Part shown: positions 1-7,706 of the stretch, piece by piece
How the letters are laid out: each line of letters opens with the position of its first letter
How positions within the stretch are numbered: position 1 is the first letter of the stretch
From: Candidatus Latescibacterota bacterium
GTDB taxonomy: Bacteria; Latescibacterota; UBA2968; UBA8231
Direction: 5' to 3'
DNA: 64,000 nucleotides
Assembly (NCBI GenBank): GCA_965206595.1
Contig: OZ242214.1
Coordinates: 1,632,001 to 1,696,000 of the forward strand
Position numbers and translations under genes: made by a program
The notes under the pieces: model-generated
What the model saw: the letters and a program-made list of their open reading frames with translations, nothing else
Told to the model about the DNA's origin: nothing
Database searches by the model: none

Positions 1-425
1 CAGTTGACGCCGACGCGAATCGCGCAGTCGTTCCCTGCCGCGGTGTCGGCGAGAAAGGCGACCTTGTCCCGCACCGGCCGCTCGGTTTCGTGGTGGTACA
101 GGTGGCCCGGGTTGTAGCGGATTTTTTGCAGGTGCGGGGCGACCGCGGTCGCCAGGCGGTAGTTCTCCTGAAGGTCGACGGACAGCGGGGTGTCGGTCTC
201 GCCCGCTATGCGAGTCAGGGCTTCTGCGTCTTTGCGACTGTCGATGGCCACCCGTATGATGTCGGCGCCGGCCTTCTCGAGGAGGCGGACCTGCCTCGTC
301 GTGGCCTCGATGTCCTGGGTCCGCGTCGCCGCCATGCTCTGAACGGCGATCGGATGGCCGTTGCCGATCACCGTGCTGCCGATCCGCACCGTCCTCGTCG
401 GGTTGCGCTGGGGCAGGTTGGTCAT
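1..425 (-). CDS. ispG: (E)-4-hydroxy-3-methylbut-2-enyl-diphosphate synthase, 5' part (runs off window start)
   Basis: Not in the ORF track. Manual translation from ATG at 425 gives [46 protein letters not shown]...AGADIIRVA...KIRYNPG...AIRVGVN, containing the IspG motifs PIxVQSM, KIRxNPG and IRxGVN. Confidence 0.92.
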   Translation of the reverse strand, partial: MTNLPQRNPTRTVRIGSTVIGNGHPIAVQSMAATRTQDIEATTRQVRLLEKAGADIIRVAIDSRKDAEALTRIAGETDTPLSVDLQENYRLATAVAPHLQKIRYNPGHLYHHETERPVRDKVAFLADTAAGNDCAIRVGVN

Positions 426-475
426 TTTCCGAACTTCCAGGTTCCTGGGAAGTAAGCGCCGTTTCGCACTCAGGG

Positions 476-505
476 ATTATATGGAGGTCGGTTGGAGCCT
501 GTCAA
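476..505 (-). promoter_or_regulatory. sigma70-type promoter for ispG (TTGACA-18-TATAAT)
   Basis: Reverse complement gives exact TTGACA (505-500) and TATAAT (481-476), about 50 nt upstream of the ispG ATG. Confidence 0.75.
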
Positions 506-612
506 AGCAGTTTCGCGGGATGGCCGGAGGCCGCTGCCGGGGCCTGCGAACCGTGCCGATGGCATCGGGGGAACCGCCCGGGAGGCCGCGACGTGAAGGA
601 ACTGGGGGATCG

Positions 613-1731
613 ATGACTCACAGGATCGACAAGGGCAGTCCGAGTCTTTCCGATGCGGACATCGAAGGCCTCCTCGAGGATTTCCGCGCCATCCTGCGGG
701 GGGGCAGGCTGACACAGGGGCAGTACCTCGACCGCTTCGAACGCGAGTTTTCCGAATACGTAGGGGTAGCCCACGCCGTCGGCATGAGTTCCGGCACCGC
801 CCCCCTGGAGGTAGCCCTGCGCTATTTCGGCGTCGAGGGGGGCGAAGTGATCGTACCGACCAACACCTTCGCAGCCACCGCCAACGCCGTGATTCTCGCC
901 GGGGGAACCCCGGTCTTCGCCGATCTCGACCCGTCCACCCTCTGCAGCGGCCCTGGTGAGATCGAAGGGCTGCTTACCGGGCGGACCCGGGGTGTCATCG
1001 CCGTCCATGTGGCCGGGTTGATCGTGCCCGGCATCGAAAACATCTCCTCCTGGTGCCACGCCAACTCCCTCTTCCTGCTCGAGGACGCCGCCCACGCTCA
1101 CGGCTCCCGGGTCGGAGACCGCCGCGCCGGCGCCCTCGCAGATGCCGCTTCCTTCAGCTTCTACCCCTCCAAAGTGATGACCAGCGGGGAAGGGGGGATG
1201 CTGACGACGGACGCTCCCGGGCTGGCCGCGTTCGCGCGCAGCTTCCGTTCCCATGGGCAGGCCGCGCAGAGCCGCAGCATCGTGCGGCTCGGAAGCAACT
1301 ACCGCCTCCCCGAGCTCAGCGCGGCGCTCGGCCTGAGCCAGCTGCGCAAGCTCGATGAGATCATCGCCAGGCGCGCCCGTCTCGCGGATCGCTACCGGCA
1401 GCGGCTGGGCAGCCGGGGCGACGCCCGGCTGATTGCGACCCCGGCAAGCCAGGTTCACTCGCACTACAAGTTTCCCCTGGTACTGCCCCCCGGAATGGGG
1501 CGGGACTCCATGGCAGCAGCGCTAGCGGCGCAGGGGATTGCCACGGGAAGCATCTACTGGCCCCCGTGCCACCTCGAGCCGTATTTCGCCGGTCAGTCGG
1601 GAGAGATCCGGGCGTGCTGTCCGGTGGCGGAGGAGGTCCTGTCGAGAACCCTGACACTGCCGCTGCACACCGGCATGAGCCTCGAGGATGTCGACGCGGT
1701 CTGCGAGTCCCTGGTGCGAGCTTTCAACTGA
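613..1731 (+). CDS. DegT/DnrJ/EryC1/StrS family PLP-dependent sugar aminotransferase
   Basis: Motifs SSGTAPL, EDAAHAHG and SFYPSKVMTSGEGG (PLP lysine). Start moved to ATG 613, after GGGGGA. Confidence 0.9.
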   Translation: MTHRIDKGSPSLSDADIEGLLEDFRAILRGGRLTQGQYLDRFEREFSEYVGVAHAVGMSSGTAPLEVALRYFGVEGGEVIVPTNTFAATANAVILAGGTPVFADLDPSTLCSGPGEIEGLLTGRTRGVIAVHVAGLIVPGIENISSWCHANSLFLLEDAAHAHGSRVGDRRAGALADAASFSFYPSKVMTSGEGGMLTTDAPGLAAFARSFRSHGQAAQSRSIVRLGSNYRLPELSAALGLSQLRKLDEIIARRARLADRYRQRLGSRGDARLIATPASQVHSHYKFPLVLPPGMGRDSMAAALAAQGIATGSIYWPPCHLEPYFAGQSGEIRACCPVAEEVLSRTLTLPLHTGMSLEDVDAVCESLVRAFN

Positions 1732-1766
1732 ACCACCTTGATCCCAGACTCTTTGCACGTTCCAAA

Positions 1767-1790
1767 GTAAGTAAGTTATTGTTTACTTAC
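1767..1790. promoter_or_regulatory. palindromic operator GTAAGTAA-N8-TTACTTAC, probably bound by the adjacent TetR
   Basis: Perfect 8-bp AT-rich inverted repeat ending 2 nt before the tetR ATG. It overlaps a candidate TTGCAC-18-TATTGT promoter (1753-1782). Confidence 0.7.
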
Positions 1791-1792
1791 AG

Positions 1793-2389
1793 ATGCGACC
1801 GAACCGAAGGAATGAAATAATCGCCGCTACGGTCCGGGAAGCTGCCCGGCACGGGGTCAGCGGTTCCACCGTCCGGGGTATCGCCGCGGAGGCCGGAGTC
1901 ACCGAGGGGGCGATTTACCGCCACTTCACCAGCAAGGAGGAGCTGTGCCAGGCCGCTTACTGTCAGATCGTCGACGAAATGGCCGAGCAGAAACAGGCCA
2001 TTGTCCGCAGTCCCGGACCCATACCGCACAAATTCCGCTCCTGGATACTGGTGACGTACGAGTATTTCGACCGCCTTCCCGAGGCTTTCGCCTATGTCCT
2101 GCTCAAGGATCATAATTTTCCACCGGAGATTCGGGAAGTCGCTGCGCGGCAGGGGCAGATGTTGACCGGCCTGATCGAGGAGGCCGTGGCCGCGGGGGAG
2201 ATCGATGAGATCGACCCGAAGCTTGCCGTCAGCCACTTCACCGGCCTCATGCTCAATCTCCCAAGGTTGATCGGCGAATCCTCGCTTCCGGGCCCGGCCG
2301 TCCAGTACCTCGACGACGTCGTCGAGGCGGTCTACCGTGTCTTCGGGATCGCCGCCGGCAAGGAGGAGACAGATCGTGCCGGAGGATAA
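1793..2389 (+). CDS. TetR/AcrR family transcriptional regulator
   Basis: N-terminal HTH TVRGIAAEAGVTEGAIYRHFTSKEEL. Confidence 0.93.
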   Translation: MRPNRRNEIIAATVREAARHGVSGSTVRGIAAEAGVTEGAIYRHFTSKEELCQAAYCQIVDEMAEQKQAIVRSPGPIPHKFRSWILVTYEYFDRLPEAFAYVLLKDHNFPPEIREVAARQGQMLTGLIEEAVAAGEIDEIDPKLAVSHFTGLMLNLPRLIGESSLPGPAVQYLDDVVEAVYRVFGIAAGKEETDRAGG

Positions 2390-3014
2390 CAACCGCGTCC
2401 TGGTGCTCGCCCCGCACACCGACGACGGCGAATTCGGCTGCGGCGGCACGATCAGCCGCATGATCGAGGAGGGGCGGAAGGTCTACTACGCCGCCTTTTC
2501 GACCGCCGAGGAGTCGGTGCCGGAGGAGTTCCCACCCGACGTCCTGGAGACCGAGGTGAGAGAAGGCACTCGCGCGCTCGGGATCGCCAGCGAAAACCTG
2601 CTGGTCTACAAGTACCGCGTCCGCCACCTCCCCCACGTCCGTCAGGAGATCCTCGAAGAGCTGGTGCGTCTGCGGCGGGACCTGCGACCCTCGACCGTAT
2701 TTCTCCCCAGCAGCCACGACCTGCACCAGGATCACCAGACCGTCTACATGGAGGGCCTGCGCGCCTTCAAGATGGAGACCGTGCTGGCGTACGAGCTTCC
2801 CTGGAACAACATCAGCTTCGACTGCCGCCATTTCGTCGTGCTCCAGCGCCGCCACGTCGGCACCAAGGTCGCAGCGCTCAGGTGCTACCGGTCTCAGCAA
2901 TCCCGGCCATACAGCGATGAGGATTTCATCTGGAGCTGGGCGAGAAGCCGCGGGGTCCAGATCTCCGTCCAATACGCCGAGGCCTTCGACGTGTTGCGGT
3001 GGGTCCTGCCATGA
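2376..3014 (+). CDS. PIG-L/LmbE family deacetylase
   Basis: APHTDDGEFGCGG and HQDH metal-binding motifs; AGGAGG RBS before GTG 2376. Confidence 0.9.
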   Translation: MPEDNNRVLVLAPHTDDGEFGCGGTISRMIEEGRKVYYAAFSTAEESVPEEFPPDVLETEVREGTRALGIASENLLVYKYRVRHLPHVRQEILEELVRLRRDLRPSTVFLPSSHDLHQDHQTVYMEGLRAFKMETVLAYELPWNNISFDCRHFVVLQRRHVGTKVAALRCYRSQQSRPYSDEDFIWSWARSRGVQISVQYAEAFDVLRWVLP

Positions 3015-3745
3015 GCCCTGCCGGAAGCGGGCACCGGGTGGGCGGAAACCGTGTTCTCACCGCCCACCAGCCCAACTACCTGCCTTGGCTCGGCCTCTTT
3101 CACAGGGTCGCGCTGGCCGACGTATGGGTCCTAGCCGACGACGTTCAGTTCAGCAAGCACGGGTACACGAACCGGGTGCGGGTGCGCACCGCTGCGGGAT
3201 GGCAGTGGCTGACGGTCCCGGTCAGGACCAGGGGGAAAGGGGGTCAGCAGATCCGGCAGGTGGAAACCAACGGCTCGAACTGGCAGTCGAAGCATTGGAG
3301 GACCCTGGAGTGGAACTACCGCAGCGGTGCCCATTTCGACGAGTTCGCGCCATTCCTTGCGAGCTTCTACGCGGAGGCGCGGTGGCGCCACCTCGTCGAC
3401 GTCAACGTCGCCCTCTGCGATTTCCTGCGGGGCCAACTCGGCATCGAGGTGGAGACGCGGCTGAGCTCGGGCATGGAGCTGCGCCGGGAACGGAGCCAGC
3501 GGCTCGTCGACATGGCGCTCGCCTGCGGCTGTGACGTCTATCTCGCCGGCGGAGGGGGCTCGCGCCGCTACCTCGAGGAGTCCCGCTTCGCCGAGGCCGG
3601 CGTCGAGCTGAGGTTCGTCGATTTCGAGCACCCGGAGTACCGCCAGTGCTTTCCCGGTTTCGAAGCCAACATGACCGCCCTCGACCTGTTGTTCAACTGC
3701 GGAGCGGAGTACGCGCGAAGGGTTATGAGGAGTGCGAGAAACTGA
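3011..3745 (+). CDS. WbqC-like family protein
   Basis: AHQPNYLPWLGLF, DDVQFSK...NR, WLTVPV and Y.Q....F..NMTALDLLFN motifs; ATGA overlap with the upstream gene. Confidence 0.88.
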   Translation: MSPAGSGHRVGGNRVLTAHQPNYLPWLGLFHRVALADVWVLADDVQFSKHGYTNRVRVRTAAGWQWLTVPVRTRGKGGQQIRQVETNGSNWQSKHWRTLEWNYRSGAHFDEFAPFLASFYAEARWRHLVDVNVALCDFLRGQLGIEVETRLSSGMELRRERSQRLVDMALACGCDVYLAGGGGSRRYLEESRFAEAGVELRFVDFEHPEYRQCFPGFEANMTALDLLFNCGAEYARRVMRSARN

Positions 3746-3785
3746 CATCCAATTGATAGAGTTGCTCTGCAGACGAGGCCGAGTC

Positions 3786-5117
3786 ATGACCGCCGAAGAC
3801 AAGGCGCGCAACAGGGCCGAATCGCTGGGGATCCGGGGAGGGGGCGTAACCCCGTTTACGGAACGCTCTTTCGAGCGTACCCAACACGAACCCGAAAGGT
3901 CCGAGGCCGTCAGGGCCCGTAGCCCAGTTGGGCTTTACCAACGGGCTGCCAAGGTCTGCCAGCTGACCAACGTGCACAGCCCGCTGGACCAGCGCATCTA
4001 CTACAAGGAAGCCTTCAGCCTGGCTGCAGCCGGGTATGAGGTCTGTGTGGCGGGCCCGGGCCCTCGCGACATTGAGGGGGTGCGCGAGGGAGTGCGGGTG
4101 GTGACCGTTCCGCGGGGCCGCGGCTTTTCCGGGCGCCTAGGCAACGCCCTCAGGCTGTTCCTCAAGGCCGCTTCGATGCGCGCCGACATCTACCACTTCC
4201 ACGATCCCGAGCTGCTGCCGTTCGGGCTGCTGTTGCGCCTGATGGGGAGCGAGGTCATCTACGACTGCCACGAGCATTTCCCTCAGACGGCGTACGTTCG
4301 CCGCTGGGTCCCCGGAATGCTGCGCGGTTCACTAGCGGCCGCCCTCGACCGCCTGGAGCGCTTCATTGCAAGGTTTCTCAGCGGCGTGCTCGGGGTGGTC
4401 GAGGAACAGGGGAGCAGGTTCGGCCACCGGCCGTTCGCCGCGGTGAAGAACTTTCCCCGCCTCGAATGGTTCCAAGCCAACGGCCGCCTCGCCGAGGGCG
4501 GACATCGGGAGGAGTGCGAGCTCCTCCACCTCGGATCCCTGTCGGCCGACCGCGGCAGCGATTTCCTCGTCGACGTCATGCACGAGCTCGCGAAGACGCA
4601 TCCCGGGGTCCGGTTGCGCGCCATCGGCCGCTTCCACACCAGGCAGGACGAGGCGAACTTCCGCGGCCGCCTGGAAACCTGCGGTCTGCAGGACCGCATC
4701 CTCTGCCAGCAGGAGCTGGTCCCCTACGACCGTCTCGGGCAGGAGATCCGGCGCCACCGGATCGGCTTGATTCCCGGCCAGGTTTCGGTGAAAAATCTCG
4801 CTCCCTTCATCCCTACCAAGCTTTTCGAGTACCTTGCCTGCGGAATCCCGGTGGTCGCCAGCGACCTGCCTTCCATCAGGGCCTTCTACGAGGAGGGGGA
4901 CTGGGGAGCGATCGCCGACCCGTCGGATCCGGCGGCCCACGCGCGGGAGATCGCGCGACTGCTGGAGGCTCCAGCAGTCGCGGCAGAAAAGGGACACCGG
5001 GGCCGGGCCCTGGTCGAGGAGCGCTACAACTGGGGGCTCGAGTCCCGGAAGCTGATCGCCTTCTACGACCGCATCCGCAACGCCAGCAGCACTGATCCCG
5101 GAAAGGAGAAGGGATAG
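3786..5117 (+). CDS. glycosyltransferase family 4
   Basis: VH..LDQRIYYKE, YHFHDPEL, IYDCHE and PTKLFEYLACGIPVVASD. Start uncertain (3732 or 3786). Confidence 0.88.
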   Translation: MTAEDKARNRAESLGIRGGGVTPFTERSFERTQHEPERSEAVRARSPVGLYQRAAKVCQLTNVHSPLDQRIYYKEAFSLAAAGYEVCVAGPGPRDIEGVREGVRVVTVPRGRGFSGRLGNALRLFLKAASMRADIYHFHDPELLPFGLLLRLMGSEVIYDCHEHFPQTAYVRRWVPGMLRGSLAAALDRLERFIARFLSGVLGVVEEQGSRFGHRPFAAVKNFPRLEWFQANGRLAEGGHREECELLHLGSLSADRGSDFLVDVMHELAKTHPGVRLRAIGRFHTRQDEANFRGRLETCGLQDRILCQQELVPYDRLGQEIRRHRIGLIPGQVSVKNLAPFIPTKLFEYLACGIPVVASDLPSIRAFYEEGDWGAIADPSDPAAHAREIARLLEAPAVAAEKGHRGRALVEERYNWGLESRKLIAFYDRIRNASSTDPGKEKG

Positions 5118-5121
5118 CGGC

Positions 5122-5979
5122 GTGATGAAAATGCCATCTATGCTCGATCGCGGGGTTCTTCCCCTGGCGCTGGCAGGCCTGGTCCTGGCGGCGACGGCAC
5201 CGCCGTTGTTCGCAGGTGCCTGGAGCCAGGAAAAGGGAAGCCTTTACCTCAAGATATCCGGCATCTCCTACTCATCAGACGAGGTCTACAACGACATGGG
5301 AGACCGCCAGCCCATGGGGGAGGAGAACGACTCTTTCGTCGGCTCGCAGGGGTTTCTATACGCCGAGTACGGGCTCCGCCATCGCTTCACCGCAATCGCG
5401 CAGGCCAACGCCGGAGTCCTGGTGTCCGAGAACCGGCAGGTGCACAGGGAAACCAGGGGAATCGGCGATGTCGACATCGGCGCCAGGTTTCAGCTGACAG
5501 ACGGCCCCGTCGTCCTTTCTCCGCTGGTGACCTTCAAGCTGCCCACCGGGTACCACGCCGACTACGATCCCCCGTTCGGAACCGGGAAGATCGACGCCGA
5601 GGTGCGCATCCTGGCCGCCCGCTCGCTGTATCCGCTGCCGCTGTACGTCGGACTGGAAGGAGGGTACCGGATTCGCGGGGGGGAGTATTCCAACCAGGTG
5701 CCCTGGTTTACCGAGGTCGGCGTTACTCCGCATCCCAGGCTGTTCGCGAAGGCGTACCTCGAAGGCAAGGATACCCGGGTCAGCGAGGACACCGAGGATC
5801 TCGGCGTGGTCGGGGGCTCGGTCCAGGTGTCGGAAGGGGATTTTTCCAAGGCCGGACTCAACGCGGCCTGGAACCTCCAGGGCCCCTTCTGGGTAGACGT
5901 TCTGGTCGAGCGCACGATTTCCGGAGAGAACATCGGCGCCGGTGCCTCCCTCGGCATCGGCGTTTCCTGCAGTTACTGA
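5122..5979 (+). CDS. secreted protein, probable outer-membrane beta-barrel
   Basis: Signal peptide ending LFA-GAW, alternating hydrophobic strands, GIGDVDIG motif and aromatic C-terminal residue (GIGVSCSY). Confidence 0.6.
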   Translation: MMKMPSMLDRGVLPLALAGLVLAATAPPLFAGAWSQEKGSLYLKISGISYSSDEVYNDMGDRQPMGEENDSFVGSQGFLYAEYGLRHRFTAIAQANAGVLVSENRQVHRETRGIGDVDIGARFQLTDGPVVLSPLVTFKLPTGYHADYDPPFGTGKIDAEVRILAARSLYPLPLYVGLEGGYRIRGGEYSNQVPWFTEVGVTPHPRLFAKAYLEGKDTRVSEDTEDLGVVGGSVQVSEGDFSKAGLNAAWNLQGPFWVDVLVERTISGENIGAGASLGIGVSCSY

Positions 5980-6002
5980 TGCAACGCGGGAGAGGAAATG
6001 AA

Positions 6003-7142
6003 ATGAAGAGGCAACAGAGCCGGCGGCGTTTCCTGCAATCGAGCGGAGTGGTCGCCATTTCGGCGCTGGTCCCGCAGTGGGGGTGCGACAGCAACAAGGT
6101 GACCTTCCGGGAGATGCCCACGGCACCGCCCATGGACATGCCGCCCGACACTCCGATGGAGGAGATGCCGGAGGCCAGGATCTCCCCGAACAGCCGCTTC
6201 TACCTGCAGTCGATCAACGGGCAGAACTACGATCCGAAGATCGATGTGGCCAACTGGAGCCTGCGCATCGACGGGCTGGTCGACAGCGCGGTGGAATCGC
6301 TGGCCTACGAGGCGATCACCTCCATGCCGATTGTGCGCCAGACGATGACGATGCAGTGCATCGGGAACTGGATCGGCGGGCCCTTGGTGGGGAACGCCGA
6401 ATGGGGAGGCACCCCGTTGAGCAACCTGCTCGACATGGCCGGTGTCGGCGGGGACGCCATCCGCGTGAAGTTCTACAGCGTCGACGGTTACACGACCTCC
6501 ATCCCGCTGGAGCGGGCACTGCGGGAGGAATGTCTGCTGGTCTGGGAGATGAACGGCGAGGTGCTGCCGTCCAAGCACGGCTTCCCGGCGCGTCTGATAA
6601 ACCCGGGTCACTACGGCCAGAAGATGCCGAAGTGGATCACGCGGATCGAGCTGATCGACGAGGTCTACCTGGGGTACTGGGAGAGCAAGCCGAAGAACAA
6701 GCCGTTCAAATGGTCGGACGACGCGGTCGCCACCATCAACTCGCGAATCGATTCGCCGCTGTCACTGTGGGACGACGTCAAGGATCCGGCCAACGGCGGG
6801 GTCACCATGCGCCTGCAGACCGTTCGCGGGGATGCCGACACGGTGTTCTCCATACACGGGATCGCCATGGCCGGGGAACGCAAGGTCGATATCGTCGAGG
6901 TGAGCACGGATGGCGGGGCTACCTGGGAAGAGGCCCAGATCCTGAACCACCCGCGCGAAAACGTCTGGATAGCCTGGCGCTACGAGTGGCACCTGCCGCC
7001 CTCGGGCCGCTACGAGATCGTCGCCCGGGCAACCGACAACGCCGGGGACAGGCAGCCTGCCGAAGACGAGGGGGCCGATCTCTACGACGGTCGCACGGGC
7101 TGGCACCGCGTGCCGATCGACGTCGTGCGCACGGAGGTGTAG
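6003..7142 (+). CDS. molybdopterin-dependent oxidoreductase, sulfite oxidase family; probable Tat lipoprotein
   Basis: Tat motif SRRRFL, lipobox-like WGC, Mo-ligand Cys in MQCIGN, MNGEVLPSKHGFPARL, GYWE, and a C-terminal dimerisation domain (VEVSTDGGATW, ARATD..G..QP). Confidence 0.88.
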   Translation: MKRQQSRRRFLQSSGVVAISALVPQWGCDSNKVTFREMPTAPPMDMPPDTPMEEMPEARISPNSRFYLQSINGQNYDPKIDVANWSLRIDGLVDSAVESLAYEAITSMPIVRQTMTMQCIGNWIGGPLVGNAEWGGTPLSNLLDMAGVGGDAIRVKFYSVDGYTTSIPLERALREECLLVWEMNGEVLPSKHGFPARLINPGHYGQKMPKWITRIELIDEVYLGYWESKPKNKPFKWSDDAVATINSRIDSPLSLWDDVKDPANGGVTMRLQTVRGDADTVFSIHGIAMAGERKVDIVEVSTDGGATWEEAQILNHPRENVWIAWRYEWHLPPSGRYEIVARATDNAGDRQPAEDEGADLYDGRTGWHRVPIDVVRTEV

Positions 7143-7295
7143 TGGGTGTTCCCGGGAACAGCTTGGGGAATCGAAGACCCCCGCCCTGCCGTCGAGGTGC
7201 GCGACGAAGCCATACGGGTCGATACTGCGAACGGGCCATGCCGGGCGCCGGGATGCAGCGGCGACCCGATTCCCCCGGAACTGCGTGCGTAGGCT

Positions 7296-7583
7296 CTAGT
7301 CTTCCGGGAACCAGTTCCCGATCTTGTCGCGAACCGCCAGGGCCTGCCGGGGGCTCGAGATCTCGAATTTACTGCGGGGCTGGTAGGATCCGTCGCGCTT
7401 CTGATAGCGCCTGATCGACACCTTCTGGGGGCCGTATTCGCCGGTTTTGCGATCGAGATCCTGGTAGAGAAACATGATCGTCGTCCAGGATCCCTTGCTC
7501 AGCACCTCCTTGTCGAGCTGCTTGCGCAAAACCTTCCCGTCTTCCTCGTACTGAATCGTCAGTTCATCTACTATTTCAGCCAT
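7296..7583 (-). CDS. conserved-looking hypothetical 95-aa protein (possibly PC4/PUR-like nucleic-acid-binding)
   Basis: Typical codon usage; charged beta-rich sequence with IRRYQK and a C-terminal helix. The fold guess is inference. Confidence 0.7.
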   Translation of the reverse strand: MAEIVDELTIQYEEDGKVLRKQLDKEVLSKGSWTTIMFLYQDLDRKTGEYGPQKVSIRRYQKRDGSYQPRSKFEISSPRQALAVRDKIGNWFPED

Positions 7584-7706
7584 GAATTCAAATTAACGGC
7601 TCGCCCGGCGGCGGGGCAAACTTCGCCACCGACAGTGGTTGCCCTGCCCGAAGTTTTTCTGGTTCGCAGTTCCTTGCCGCCCAGTACAGCGGCCCATATA
7701 CTGAAC

